Origin: Candidatus Nomurabacteria bacterium
GTDB lineage: Bacteria > Patescibacteriota > Minisyncoccia > Phycocordibacterales > UBA9973
Assembly: GCA_023267435.1 (NCBI GenBank)
Contig: JAHFNH010000001.1
Location: 80,253-144,252 of the forward strand
Length of the DNA stretch: 64,000 bases
Direction: 5' to 3'
Both the position numbers and the translations under genes were made by a program. Positions within the stretch are counted from its first letter, which is position 1. Each line of letters starts with the position of its first letter. Positions 19,460 to 29,324 of the stretch are shown one piece after another. Under the pieces are notes generated by a model. That model was not told the DNA's origin. It saw nothing but the letters and a program-made list of their open reading frames with translations, and did not search any database.

Positions 19460-20608
19460 TTATTTAAACTCCTGAATTTTATTTGATACCAAAGTCACCA
19501 CTCCTTTATCAAACATTGTTGGGACAATATTTTCTGGTGATAAGTCGGTAACATAGTCTGCAAGTGCTTGTGCTATTGCACTGAACATTTCTATTTTAAA
19601 TTGTGGAATATTTGCTTCAAGCATTCCTTTGAAGGCTCCGGGAAAAACAAGAGAATTATTTATCTGATTTGGAAAATCACTACGACCAGTGGCTATAATA
19701 AATGCACCGGCAGATTTCGCAACATCCGGCATTATTTCTGGAGTTGGGTTTGCGAGTCCGAAAATGACCGGCTTCTCTGCCATTGTCTTCACCATCTCTT
19801 GCGTCAGCACTCCGGGTTTTGATAAACCAATAAAAATATTTGCGCCTTTCACAGCATCGGCAAGACTTCCCTCTTTTGCATCTGCGACACTGCCATTTAA
19901 CAATTCTATTTTTTCTGGAGTTAAATCAGCTCTATCTTTATGAATGATTCCTTTACTGTCACAAAAAATAATATTTTTTACTCCGTACACTAAAAGAAGT
20001 CTCGCAGTCGCGACGCCGGCGGCACCAATACCACTGATCACCACTTTTACTTCTTCTTTTGATAAGTTTAGAAGTTTCAAAGAATTAATCACTGCTGAAA
20101 GAGTCACAGTCGCGGCACCCCATTGATCATCATGCATGACTGGAATATTTAATTCTTTGCGTAAACGAGATTCTATTTCAAAACATCTAGGAGCAGAAAT
20201 ATCTTCTAAATTAATTCCCCCGAAAACTGGCGCTATTTGCTTCACAGCTTTGATGATTTCTTCAGTATCTTGAGTGTCTAGGCAGATTGGAAAAGCATCC
20301 ACACCCGCGAATTCTTTAAATATTGCTGCTTTTCCTTCCATGACAGGTATCGCTGCCAAAGCACCAAGGTTTCCAAGCCCTAAAATAGCGGAACCGTCGG
20401 AAACAATAGCGACAGTATTTCTTTTTAATGTGTATTCGCGAGCTAAAGATGGGTCACGAGCGATTTCTCTAGAGACTTCAGCTACCCCGGGGCTATAAGC
20501 CAAAGAAAGAGCCTCTCGAGAATCGAGTTTTACCTTGCTAATTGTCTCTAATTTTCCACGAAATTCTTTGTGTAATTCCAGTGATTTTTTGTATATGTCA
20601 TTATTCAT
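19460..20608 (-). CDS. NAD(P)-dependent malic enzyme
   Basis: AYSPGVA, VMEGKA, INLEDISAPRCF, HDDQWG, GRSDFPNQINN; probable start MNNDIYKK, 6 nt after TATAAT. Confidence 0.93.
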   Translation of the reverse strand: MNNDIYKKSLELHKEFRGKLETISKVKLDSREALSLAYSPGVAEVSREIARDPSLAREYTLKRNTVAIVSDGSAILGLGNLGALAAIPVMEGKAAIFKEFAGVDAFPICLDTQDTEEIIKAVKQIAPVFGGINLEDISAPRCFEIESRLRKELNIPVMHDDQWGAATVTLSAVINSLKLLNLSKEEVKVVISGIGAAGVATARLLLVYGVKNIIFCDSKGIIHKDRADLTPEKIELLNGSVADAKEGSLADAVKGANIFIGLSKPGVLTQEMVKTMAEKPVIFGLANPTPEIMPDVAKSAGAFIIATGRSDFPNQINNSLVFPGAFKGMLEANIPQFKIEMFSAIAQALADYVTDLSPENIVPTMFDKGVVTLVSNKIQEFK

Positions 20609-20843
20609 TTTTTCATTATACTCCCAATCTAAATTTGTGTAAAAATTGTCCCGATAAGGCATTACAGAGCTTCGTAAAATGAAGATGGCTTTGACAAAAG
20701 AGTTGACGAATTTTATTTTATCTAAAAATTTCACAAGGCTACTTTTCTAAAGTATAATTAACCAACTGTCGCAAAAAAAATATGAGACAGTTATAAAAAT
20801 TTTTTTAGTTTTCTTAAAATTTATTAATAATATTTTCAATAAC

Positions 20844-23147
20844 ATGGATAAAGAAAAAAAAGGCGCAATTACCAAAAAAAATACCAAGAAATACAAACAA
20901 TTGGATCAAATCCAGAAACGTGATGGCATGATTGTGCCTTTTGATGAGACTCGCATTACCCATGCGATCATGAAAGCTATGAGCATGTCTGACGAAGGCA
21001 GTGAAGCTGATGCGGAGATGGTTATGGATGACGTAGTAGACGCTCTTTTGGCTCTAAAAAAGGAACAAGGAGGTAAAAACTTCGTTCCCCAAGTAGAAAC
21101 CATCCAAGATCTTATTGAAAATAAATTAATTGCCTCAAATTTCGCTAAAACAGCCAAGCATTTCATTCTTTATCGAACAGAACGCACCACTTTGCGCCAG
21201 AAAATAGGTTTTGTTCCAGAAAAAGTCAAAGAACTTGTCACTGAAAGTAAAAAATATTTTAGAAACCCATTAGCTGAATTCGTTTACTACCGATCTTATG
21301 CTCGATGGATCCCTGAAGAAGGACGTCGAGAGACTTGGATCGAGACAGTCGATCGTTATATCGACTTCATGCGTGAAAATATGGGTTCCAAAATAACCGA
21401 AACTGAGTACAAAGAAGTTCGCGAAGCAATACTTAGACAAGAAGCTATGCCTTCAATGCGTTTATTGCAATTCGCGGGTAAAGCAGCCAACAGAACAAAC
21501 GTCTGCGCTTATAACTGTTCATTCATCTCTCCAAAATCTTTCCAAGACTTCGCTGAAATAATGTATATCTCTATGTGCGGTACTGGTGCCGGCTGGTCTG
21601 TCGAAAGTGAAAATATCCAAGCTCTTCCTCAAATCAAAAAACAAACTGGTAAAAAACTTCCTGACTACGTTATTCCTGACAGTAAAGAAGGTTGGGCAGA
21701 TGCTTTCAGCTTCGCATTGAAAACATGGTTCGAAGGTAATGATGTTGTTTTTGATTACTCTCTGATTCGTCCAGCTGGTGCAAGATTAAAAACAATGGGA
21801 GGCAAAAGTTCTGGACCAGAACCGCTTCGTTCATTAATCGACTTTTCTCGTGAGAGAATTATTCGAAAGCAAGGCAGACACTTAACCAACCTAGATGCGC
21901 ACGACATCATCTGCAAGATCGGTGAATGTGTCGTCGCTGGAGGTGTCCGACGCAGTGCGATGATTTCTCTTTCTGATTTAGATGACGATGCTATTCGTGA
22001 TTCTAAAAAAGGAGCTTTTTATGTAAATGAAGGACAAAGAATGCTCGCAAACAATTCTGCTGTTTATAATTCCAAACCATCCACTCAAGAATTTTTGGAT
22101 GAATGGACTGCTCTTGTAAAAAGTGGCAGTGGAGAAAGAGGTATTTTCAACCGTGGTGGACTCGCAAAAACATTACCTAAACGTCGACTAGCTCAATTTA
22201 AAGATGGCCAGTATCCATCTTGGGGAACAAACCCATGTGGAGAAATTATTCTGCAATCAAAACAATTCTGTAACTTGAGTGAAGTTGTCGCCCGAGCCGA
22301 CGATACCGAGGAAACTCTTTTGAAAAAAGTTCGTATTGCGACAATTATCGGAACGTATCAATCATCCCTTACTTATTTCCCTTACCTTTCCAAGGAATGG
22401 AAAAAGAACTGTGAGAAAGAAAGACTACTCGGAGTATCAATCACAGGGCAATGGGATTCTGGCTTGGTTCGAGAAGCAAAAATACTTGAGAAATTAAAAA
22501 ATACATCTATTGAAGTAAATAAAAAATACGCCAAGCGTTTCGGAATCGGACAATCAACCTGTATCACCTGCGTGAAGCCATCTGGAACAGTCTCTCAGAC
22601 TGTTGATTGTGCATCTGGCATGCATCCTCGCCATGCTCCGTACTATATTCGCCGCGTTCGTATTTCTGCTACCGATACTCTTTTTAAAATGTTGAAAGAT
22701 CAAGGCATGCCTTTTTATCCAGAAGTAGGACAGACAGTAGAAAATGCTTCGACCTATGTTTTAGAATTCCCTGTCAAAGCTCCTGAAGGTGCAATCTGCA
22801 AAGATGACATCAGCGCATTGCGACAACTCGAACACTGGAAGGTTGTTAAACAGCATTACACTGAACACAATCCTTCTGTGACTATCTCTGTCGGAGAAGA
22901 TGAATGGATCACTGTTGCCAACTGGGTTTATGAAAATTGGGATCTTGTCGGAGGACTTTCTTTCCTTCCCCGTTCCAACCATGTCTACCAGCTCGCTCCT
23001 TATGAAGCTATCACTAAAGAAAAATATGAAGAGATGCTCATGAAAGTAGATTGTCTCGATTTCTCTAAGATCGTCACTTACGAAACTGTCGACGAAACAG
23101 AATTGAAAAAAGAACTTGCTTGCGTCGGTGGTGTGTGTGAAATTTAA
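20844..23147 (+). CDS. nrdJ: Class II (adenosylcobalamin-dependent) ribonucleotide reductase with ATP cone
   Basis: N-terminal IQKRDG ATP cone, TNPCGE, CNLSE, VKPSGT, C-terminal CVGGVCE. Confidence 0.92.
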   Translation: MDKEKKGAITKKNTKKYKQLDQIQKRDGMIVPFDETRITHAIMKAMSMSDEGSEADAEMVMDDVVDALLALKKEQGGKNFVPQVETIQDLIENKLIASNFAKTAKHFILYRTERTTLRQKIGFVPEKVKELVTESKKYFRNPLAEFVYYRSYARWIPEEGRRETWIETVDRYIDFMRENMGSKITETEYKEVREAILRQEAMPSMRLLQFAGKAANRTNVCAYNCSFISPKSFQDFAEIMYISMCGTGAGWSVESENIQALPQIKKQTGKKLPDYVIPDSKEGWADAFSFALKTWFEGNDVVFDYSLIRPAGARLKTMGGKSSGPEPLRSLIDFSRERIIRKQGRHLTNLDAHDIICKIGECVVAGGVRRSAMISLSDLDDDAIRDSKKGAFYVNEGQRMLANNSAVYNSKPSTQEFLDEWTALVKSGSGERGIFNRGGLAKTLPKRRLAQFKDGQYPSWGTNPCGEIILQSKQFCNLSEVVARADDTEETLLKKVRIATIIGTYQSSLTYFPYLSKEWKKNCEKERLLGVSITGQWDSGLVREAKILEKLKNTSIEVNKKYAKRFGIGQSTCITCVKPSGTVSQTVDCASGMHPRHAPYYIRRVRISATDTLFKMLKDQGMPFYPEVGQTVENASTYVLEFPVKAPEGAICKDDISALRQLEHWKVVKQHYTEHNPSVTISVGEDEWITVANWVYENWDLVGGLSFLPRSNHVYQLAPYEAITKEKYEEMLMKVDCLDFSKIVTYETVDETELKKELACVGGVCEI

Positions 23148-23170
23148 TAGATATAATCTATAAAATAAAA

Positions 23171-23728
23171 ATGCTATACACTAGAAAAGGAGATGATGGC
23201 ACAACTAAAACATTCGGATGTGATCAAAGAATTTCTAAAAGTGGGGCTATAGCTGAAGCACTAGGATCTCTCGATGAAATAAATTCTTTTCTGGGACTCG
23301 TAAAAATAAAAGCAAATAAAATTTCCTTTGTCTTGCCAACAGGGGAAATTTTGCTTCCAGAAACAATAAACCAAATCCAGCAAGACCTTTTTATTATTCA
23401 AGCCGAGCTGGCTGGCGCAGAAAAAACTATTTCAGAAGAGAAAGTAAAATGGCTGGAAGATATAATAAATGGCATAGAAAAAATACTTCCTCCGATTAAA
23501 ACATTTTTTGTCTCCGGTGGCACTGAACTCGCAACATTATCAGACATCGCTCGCACTATCACCCGCCGAGCTGAAAGACGAGTCGTCGGTGTATCAGAAG
23601 AAAAAATTCAACCTGTCAGCAAAAACACTCTCGCCTATTTAAATCGCCTATCAAGTATTCTCTATGCCTTTGCTCGTGTTTCAAATCACATAGCTGGTAT
23701 TGTAGAAGAATCACCAAAATATTCTTAA
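23171..23728 (+). CDS. pduO: Cob(I)alamin adenosyltransferase, PduO type
   Basis: YTRKGDDGTT, G.LDEINS, RRAERR and YLNRLS motifs. Confidence 0.92.
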   Translation: MLYTRKGDDGTTKTFGCDQRISKSGAIAEALGSLDEINSFLGLVKIKANKISFVLPTGEILLPETINQIQQDLFIIQAELAGAEKTISEEKVKWLEDIINGIEKILPPIKTFFVSGGTELATLSDIARTITRRAERRVVGVSEEKIQPVSKNTLAYLNRLSSILYAFARVSNHIAGIVEESPKYS

Positions 23729-23799
23729 GAATAGAAATTTGATTGAAATTGAAGTTTTTTGTCGCATTTACAATGCAGTTATTGTATAATTTATAATAT

Positions 23800-24252
23800 A
23801 TGAAGATCGAATGGCAGGCACCAGAGTATGAAGATAAAAAGAGAAGCATTGATTGGTTTTGGGCGCTCGGCATCATCGTCGTTGCAGGCTCTATAACCTC
23901 GATTATTTTTGGTGATTATTTTTTTGCCATACTTCTAATCTTGGGTGGATTAATGCTTGGATTTTTCGCAACCCAAAAACCTGGAATGGTCACCTATGAA
24001 ATGACTGAAAAGGGAATAAAAATAAATACGGAATTTTATCCTTTCAAAAATATGAAATCTTTCTGGATTCAGATGGAGCCAAAGTTTATTCTCTTTATAA
24101 AAATAGACCGTTTCTTTATGCCAATTATTTCCATGCCAATAGAAATGGATAAAGCTGAAGAAATAAATAAATTAATGATAGAAAATAACATTCCCGAGGA
24201 AGAAATGAAACCACATATGTCTGAAAACATAATGGACAATCTGGGATTCTAA
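23800..24252 (+). CDS. Membrane protein with two TM helices and a soluble C-terminal domain
   Basis: WQAPEY..K.RS.DWFW start followed by a TM hairpin. Confidence 0.75.
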   Translation: MKIEWQAPEYEDKKRSIDWFWALGIIVVAGSITSIIFGDYFFAILLILGGLMLGFFATQKPGMVTYEMTEKGIKINTEFYPFKNMKSFWIQMEPKFILFIKIDRFFMPIISMPIEMDKAEEINKLMIENNIPEEEMKPHMSENIMDNLGF

Positions 24253-24308
24253 ATTTTAGCCTAACTTGGACTTTTTTCAAAAAACTGCTAATGTGTAATT
24301 GTTCGAAT

Positions 24309-24380
24309 GCCCTCATAGTTTAATGGATAGAATGCGAGCTTGCGGAGTTTGCGATCCAGGTTCGATTCCTGGTGAGGGCA
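24309..24380 (+). tRNA. tRNA-Arg(GCG)
   Basis: GCCCTCA/TGAGGGC acceptor stem, anticodon loop TTGCGGA, GGTTCGATTCC T arm; CCA not encoded. Confidence 0.9.
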
Positions 24381-24428
24381 CATGTTATAATGGCTTTATT
24401 ATAAAAGTAATTTTAAATACTAATTTTT

Positions 24429-24899
24429 ATGCAAAACAATTCATATAAGAAAAAGCCTCTTTGGCAATGGATAGTGATTTATGTAGTAATTGCCGCAATT
24501 TTATACGGTTTAGTATATTATTTCTTTTTTATGAAAAAAAATACTTATACTCAAACAAACACGCAAGTATACCAGCAAACACAATCAGAAAATAATTCCA
24601 ATTCTCCAACCACCTCAATAAACACACCAAACAACACATCTATATTAAACAATACCTATATACTAATTAAAAATTTTAAATTTTCTCCTAATACAGTCAC
24701 TATTCATAAAGGTGATTCTGTAACCTGGACAAACGATGACTCTATGTCTCACACTGTCACAGGAGACACGAGTGGTCCTGCCAGCTCCGCTATCAGTAGT
24801 GGAAGTGCGTATAGTTATACTTTCACAAAGACAGGCACTTTCCCCTATCATTGCTCAATACACCCCTCAATGAAAGCGACAATTGTCGTAACTGAATAA
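24429..24899 (+). CDS. Membrane-anchored cupredoxin (plastocyanin/azurin family)
   Basis: WTNDD...HTV and YHCSIHPSM type-1 copper ligands. Confidence 0.9.
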   Translation: MQNNSYKKKPLWQWIVIYVVIAAILYGLVYYFFFMKKNTYTQTNTQVYQQTQSENNSNSPTTSINTPNNTSILNNTYILIKNFKFSPNTVTIHKGDSVTWTNDDSMSHTVTGDTSGPASSAISSGSAYSYTFTKTGTFPYHCSIHPSMKATIVVTE

Positions 24900-24900
24900 A

Positions 24901-25620
24901 ATGGAAGAAACTTTTCCAATGCGTATAAATAAATACTTGGCGTGGAAAAAGATTTCCACTCGCCGAGGTGCCGACAAGCTTATTGAAGATAAGCAGGTTT
25001 TTATTAATGGCAAACTAGCTGCTCTGGGCAGTAAAGTAAAAGAAACCGATAAAGTAGAAGTAAAAGGAAATAAGAATCAAAAAACTTATGTTTATTATGC
25101 TTACAATAAACCAATCGACGTCATAACTCATTCCCCTCAGAACGGTGAAGAAGATATTAAAGAAAATATAAGGGGCACCGGTCTGCCAGATGATGTCTTT
25201 CCTATTGGTAGACTCGACAAAGCTTCACATGGATTAATGATCCTGACGAATGACGGCAGAATTACGGATCAATTATTGAATCCAAAATATGTTCACGAAA
25301 AAGAATACGTTGTAAAAACTTCCAATAAACTCCGCTCCAACTTCAAACAAAAAATGGAAGCCGGAGTAAATATCGAAGGATACACTACCAAACCTTGTAA
25401 AGTTACAATCATAAATGATTTCACTTTTAGAATAACTCTAACCGAAGGCAAGAAACATCAAATCCGCAGAATGTGTTCGGCTCTCTTTCAAGAAGTCGCA
25501 GACCTAAAACGCGTTAGGTTTATGAATATCAAACTTGGCACCCTAAAACCAAAAGCATTTAGAAAAATCGAAGGTGAAGAACTAAAATCTTTCTTAGATC
25601 CAATACTAAAACAAAATTAA
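24901..25620 (+). CDS. RsuA/RluF-family rRNA pseudouridine synthase
   Basis: S4 domain, GRLDKAS catalytic motif, EGKKHQIRRM. Confidence 0.93.
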   Translation: MEETFPMRINKYLAWKKISTRRGADKLIEDKQVFINGKLAALGSKVKETDKVEVKGNKNQKTYVYYAYNKPIDVITHSPQNGEEDIKENIRGTGLPDDVFPIGRLDKASHGLMILTNDGRITDQLLNPKYVHEKEYVVKTSNKLRSNFKQKMEAGVNIEGYTTKPCKVTIINDFTFRITLTEGKKHQIRRMCSALFQEVADLKRVRFMNIKLGTLKPKAFRKIEGEELKSFLDPILKQN

Positions 25621-25684
25621 AAATAAAAAAGACCTACTAATATATTTATATATCAATAGGTCCGTTATTTTTTAATAAAAAAAT

Positions 25685-26110
25685 TTATTCAAGAAGAAGA
25701 AGCCAATTTGTAGGAAATTCGAGTTCTATCAAAGAGACAAGCGTATGAAATGTGATTGTTTTTTCAATCTCATGACACCATAATTCATGGTGTTGATACT
25801 CAAATCTTTCTTTCCATTCTTTTTTTGACTTAGCAGTTCCTACAATAGCCGAAGATGGAGCATAAGATAATCCAATTATTGATTCTCTTAAATCGAACAA
25901 ATCTTTTTTCATATTAAAAAATATATACCCCATAGGCTTTTTATTGATAGCAACGAACACGGTTACACTATTGCGAGTTTTCCTGTACTGAAGAAGGAGT
26001 TTGTAAGGTCCAAATTCAATTTCAGAAGTAACAATGGGCGTATAATAAATTTGCTTATTGTTAGGCTCAGACTCTTGTCTGTTTTCTAACCAAATAATTT
26101 TTTTATTCAT
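25685..26110 (-). CDS. Hypothetical protein (ORFan-like)
   Basis: Own TTGACA...TATTGT promoter at about 26158-26186 and a downstream hairpin. Confidence 0.65.
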   Translation of the reverse strand: MNKKIIWLENRQESEPNNKQIYYTPIVTSEIEFGPYKLLLQYRKTRNSVTVFVAINKKPMGYIFFNMKKDLFDLRESIIGLSYAPSSAIVGTAKSKKEWKERFEYQHHELWCHEIEKTITFHTLVSLIELEFPTNWLLLLE

Positions 26111-26193
26111 TTTTTTGTTTTTAAAGAAGGGTTTTAATTTTGCGTTTATTTGTCATAACAATAGCAATTATTTTTTAGTTTGTCAACACTGGT

Positions 26194-27681
26194 CTATTTC
26201 TCCAAATCCAATACTTCATCAATTCTAATTTGTTTTACGAATTCGGGGACGTGAGAGACAAGGATCATCGCGCCTTGGTACTTATCTAATGCTTCAGCTA
26301 TTATCGGTAAATGACGGAAATTTATATGGTTGGTCGGCTCGTCTAAAATAAGTAGTCCTGGCTTTTGGAGGACAAGACGAGCAAAGGCTACAAGCCCCTT
26401 CTGCCCTTCAGACAGACTACCGATGCGAGTACGGATAAATTCTCCGGTTATTAAAAATCCCGCAGCTATCGAGCGCATTCTTTCTTCATCTAATTTTTCT
26501 CCACCTTCGAGCATCGCGCTCGCGAGAGATTGATACACAGTGTCATCGAAATTAAGAGTAGAAAAATCTTGTCGGTAATAACCAATTCTGATTCCCTCTT
26601 TCACTGTCTCACCTTCGGATTTACCGGAAGCTAATTTTTCTAGTAATGTGCTTTTACCGATACCATTCGGACCAGTTAAAAGTAAATGCTGATTTTTCTT
26701 CAAAGAAATATATGCCTTCTTTTTTATTATTTTATGTTTCTTTGGATCTGCGATAGAAAAAGAATTAATACTAAATATCTCACCGATCATGTCCGGCTGG
26801 GAAGGAATAGTAAAAGGTCGGATAGTTCTGTCTTCCTTGCGGACTTCCACAATATCTTCTTCGAGTTCTTCCGCCTTCTCACGCATGCGTCGTGCTACCA
26901 AGCGAAGCCGTCCTCCTTTATGCGCGAAGACATTCGCCTGATCTTTCTTGGCTTGGATTTCTTTTGCGAGCTGAGCATTCTTCATATTCTCTTTTTCTAC
27001 TCGCGCAGTAATATCTTTAACCACATTGAAATAGTTACCGACATACTGCTCGATCTTACGAGTATAAACATCAAGATAAAGAACTCCTTCCGTAAAAGCA
27101 TTCAAAAATTCTGCATCGTGAGAAATAACCAAAACTGTTTTTTTGTAATCTACTAGGAATTTAGTTAAGTGCGCAATGCCAGCTTTATCTAAGTTGTTTG
27201 TCGGCTCATCGAGCAAAAGCAAATCTGGATCTTGAATAAGAGCCGAAGCTAAAAGCAAACGTGCCTGCTGACCGCCGGAGAAAGTTTTAATTATTTTGTC
27301 GTGTACTTTTTCATGCCCTTTCAAATTTACCACTTCCAAAATATCATCTATCCTAACATCTATATCATAAACTTTTGCTGATGATTTATTTTGAAAACAT
27401 TTTTCGAAAAATTCTCTTACTGTCAGATCGAGTTCAGCACGCGGAATAACCTGTCGAGCTGAAGCGATTGTTAAACCTTTCACAATATTTATGATTCCAG
27501 ATTCTGGTTTATTTATACCTGAGATAAGCCCGAAGATGGTACTCTTACCGGCGCCGTTCTGGCCCATCAAAGTAAACTTCGCGCCACGGCGAATAGAAAA
27601 ACTAACCTCTTCTAAAATAGGTTTGTTTATACCGAACTCGAACGAGACATCGTCGAATCTGACTATAGTTTCCTGAGACAT
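26194..27681 (-). CDS. ABC-F family ATPase
   Basis: Two ABC domains (GQNGAGKS, GPNGIGKS, LDEPTN twice), no TM segment. Confidence 0.92.
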   Translation of the reverse strand: MSQETIVRFDDVSFEFGINKPILEEVSFSIRRGAKFTLMGQNGAGKSTIFGLISGINKPESGIINIVKGLTIASARQVIPRAELDLTVREFFEKCFQNKSSAKVYDIDVRIDDILEVVNLKGHEKVHDKIIKTFSGGQQARLLLASALIQDPDLLLLDEPTNNLDKAGIAHLTKFLVDYKKTVLVISHDAEFLNAFTEGVLYLDVYTRKIEQYVGNYFNVVKDITARVEKENMKNAQLAKEIQAKKDQANVFAHKGGRLRLVARRMREKAEELEEDIVEVRKEDRTIRPFTIPSQPDMIGEIFSINSFSIADPKKHKIIKKKAYISLKKNQHLLLTGPNGIGKSTLLEKLASGKSEGETVKEGIRIGYYRQDFSTLNFDDTVYQSLASAMLEGGEKLDEERMRSIAAGFLITGEFIRTRIGSLSEGQKGLVAFARLVLQKPGLLILDEPTNHINFRHLPIIAEALDKYQGAMILVSHVPEFVKQIRIDEVLDLEK

Positions 27682-27860
27682 TGTTATAGACTATACTATT
27701 TAGCCTGAAATTGAAAGCTTTATCAAAAAATCTTTGACAAATATCTTGTTATGTACTACACTTGATAAGCAAAATAGGTCGTAACCCTAAAGGGTTCTAT
27801 GGGAGTCGATTTCTCGAAAAATACTTATCTTTGTAATTTAACACTTAACAAAAAAATTCA

Positions 27861-28058
27861 ATGACTGGTACAATCAAAAGATTAACCGATAAGGGATTTG
27901 GATTCATCACAGCAGAAGGACTAGCGAAAGATTTATTCTTTCACAGTAATTCTCTTGTAGGCGTAAGCTTCGATGAATTGCACGAAGGCGACGCTGTTTC
28001 CTTCGAAACAGAAGAATCTCCAAAAGGTTTGAATGCTGTGAACGTTCAACGCGCATAA
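27861..28058 (+). CDS. Cold-shock protein
   Basis: KGFGFI (RNP1) and LFFH (RNP2); long 5' UTR and strong terminator. Confidence 0.95.
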   Translation: MTGTIKRLTDKGFGFITAEGLAKDLFFHSNSLVGVSFDELHEGDAVSFETEESPKGLNAVNVQRA

Positions 28059-28063
28059 TATTC

Positions 28064-28104
28064 AAAAACAAAAAACACCCCATCACTGGGGTGTTTTTTG
28101 TTTT
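28064..28104. terminator. Bidirectional intrinsic terminator
   Basis: AAAACAAAAAACACCCCA-TCAC-TGGGGTGTTTTTTGTTTT. Confidence 0.85.
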
Positions 28105-28107
28105 AGT

Positions 28108-28371
28108 TTATTTATCTTGCGCCCAATCTTTTAATTCTTGATAATTCGCTTCTCCGCAAATCCATTTGCCTGATTTTGTATTATAAAAAAATGGCACGCC
28201 TCCACAAAATTCTTTGTCTATCTCCTCGAGTCTTTTTGCATTTTCTTCATTATGCCAAACCTCCAAAGCATCAACTTTTATTCCTTCTTCTTTTTCTAAT
28301 TTTTCAACGAGATTATGCATATCCACACAATGCGGACATTCTTCTCCATAAAATTCTAATAAGTGACTCAT
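28108..28371 (-). CDS. Thioredoxin/glutaredoxin-like protein
   Basis: CPHC active site and GVPFF cis-Pro motif. Confidence 0.85.
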   Translation of the reverse strand: MSHLLEFYGEECPHCVDMHNLVEKLEKEEGIKVDALEVWHNEENAKRLEEIDKEFCGGVPFFYNTKSGKWICGEANYQELKDWAQDK

Positions 28372-28424
28372 AACTTTATTATATAATAAAAAATCCTAAT
28401 TTAAAATTAGGATTTTTTAAGAAA

Positions 28425-28676
28425 TTATTTTACTAATCTAGTTAAACGAGATTTCTTTCGAGCAGCTGTGTTTTTCTTGATAGCACCCTTTTGAGCGGCT
28501 TTGTCGATAGCTTTGTAAGCTTCTGAAAGCATTTTTTGTGCTCCAGACTTGTCTGTCTTTGAGATTTTATCAATTTTCTTGATAACTTCTTTCATTGTTC
28601 GCTTTCGGCGGTCATTAAAAGCCTTCTTGCGAAGAGAACCGCGGATCGCTTTTTTAGCTGATTGTGTTATAGGCAT
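28425..28676 (-). CDS. rpsT: 30S ribosomal protein S20
   Basis: MPITQSAKKA...AIDKAA.KG.IKKNTAARKKSRL. Confidence 0.95.
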   Translation of the reverse strand: MPITQSAKKAIRGSLRKKAFNDRRKRTMKEVIKKIDKISKTDKSGAQKMLSEAYKAIDKAAQKGAIKKNTAARKKSRLTRLVK

Positions 28677-28760
28677 AGATAGACAATACCAAAAATGCTT
28701 AAAAAACGCAACCCGCATCTTCGGCGGACATGCTTGCTTGGTATATGATATGATAAATAT

Positions 28761-29324
28761 ATGATTGGTAGTATAAAAGGAAAAATAATCTTAAAAACAG
28801 ACAAATTTCTAATAATAGAAACGAACGGAGTCGGATATAAAATAAGTGTCTCACCCGACATGTTATTGATGACTTTTAAAACAGGCGAGGAAATTTCCCT
28901 CTGGACTCACCTGCACATACGCGAAGATGCAATGGATCTTTATGGATTCAGAGACAGAAAAGAATTGGAGTTTTTTGAAATGCTTATTAGTGTTTCAGGT
29001 ATTGGACCAAGAAGCGGACTCACTATATTAGGTATAGCTCCAATTGAAACATTAAGAAAAGCGATCAGTACAAGCGACACTTCCTACCTCACAAAAATTT
29101 CTGGCATCGGACGAAAGACAGCTGAAAAAATAGTTATCGAATTGCGCGACAAAATGGGCGAAGATATTTCCGATACTTCCCTACAAGGAGAACTCGACGC
29201 ACTCGAAGCGTTAAAGGCATTGGGCTACTCTCAGTCCGAAGCACGTGAAGCATTAAAGAAAACTAAATCAGAAGACACTAATACAAAAATAAAAGAAGCG
29301 TTAAAAATTCTTGGAGGAAGATAA
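28761..29324 (+). CDS. ruvA: Holliday junction branch migration protein RuvA
   Basis: GVGYKI, HIREDAMDLYGF, VSGIGPR, GIGRKTAEKIVIELRDK. Confidence 0.96.
   Translation: MIGSIKGKIILKTDKFLIIETNGVGYKISVSPDMLLMTFKTGEEISLWTHLHIREDAMDLYGFRDRKELEFFEMLISVSGIGPRSGLTILGIAPIETLRKAISTSDTSYLTKISGIGRKTAEKIVIELRDKMGEDISDTSLQGELDALEALKALGYSQSEAREALKKTKSEDTNTKIKEALKILGGR

Noticed and set aside
20610-20843. Cobalamin riboswitch or NrdR boxes upstream of nrdJ
   Set aside because: No B12-box or NrdR palindrome recognised; only a short AACTGTC/GACAGTT hairpin
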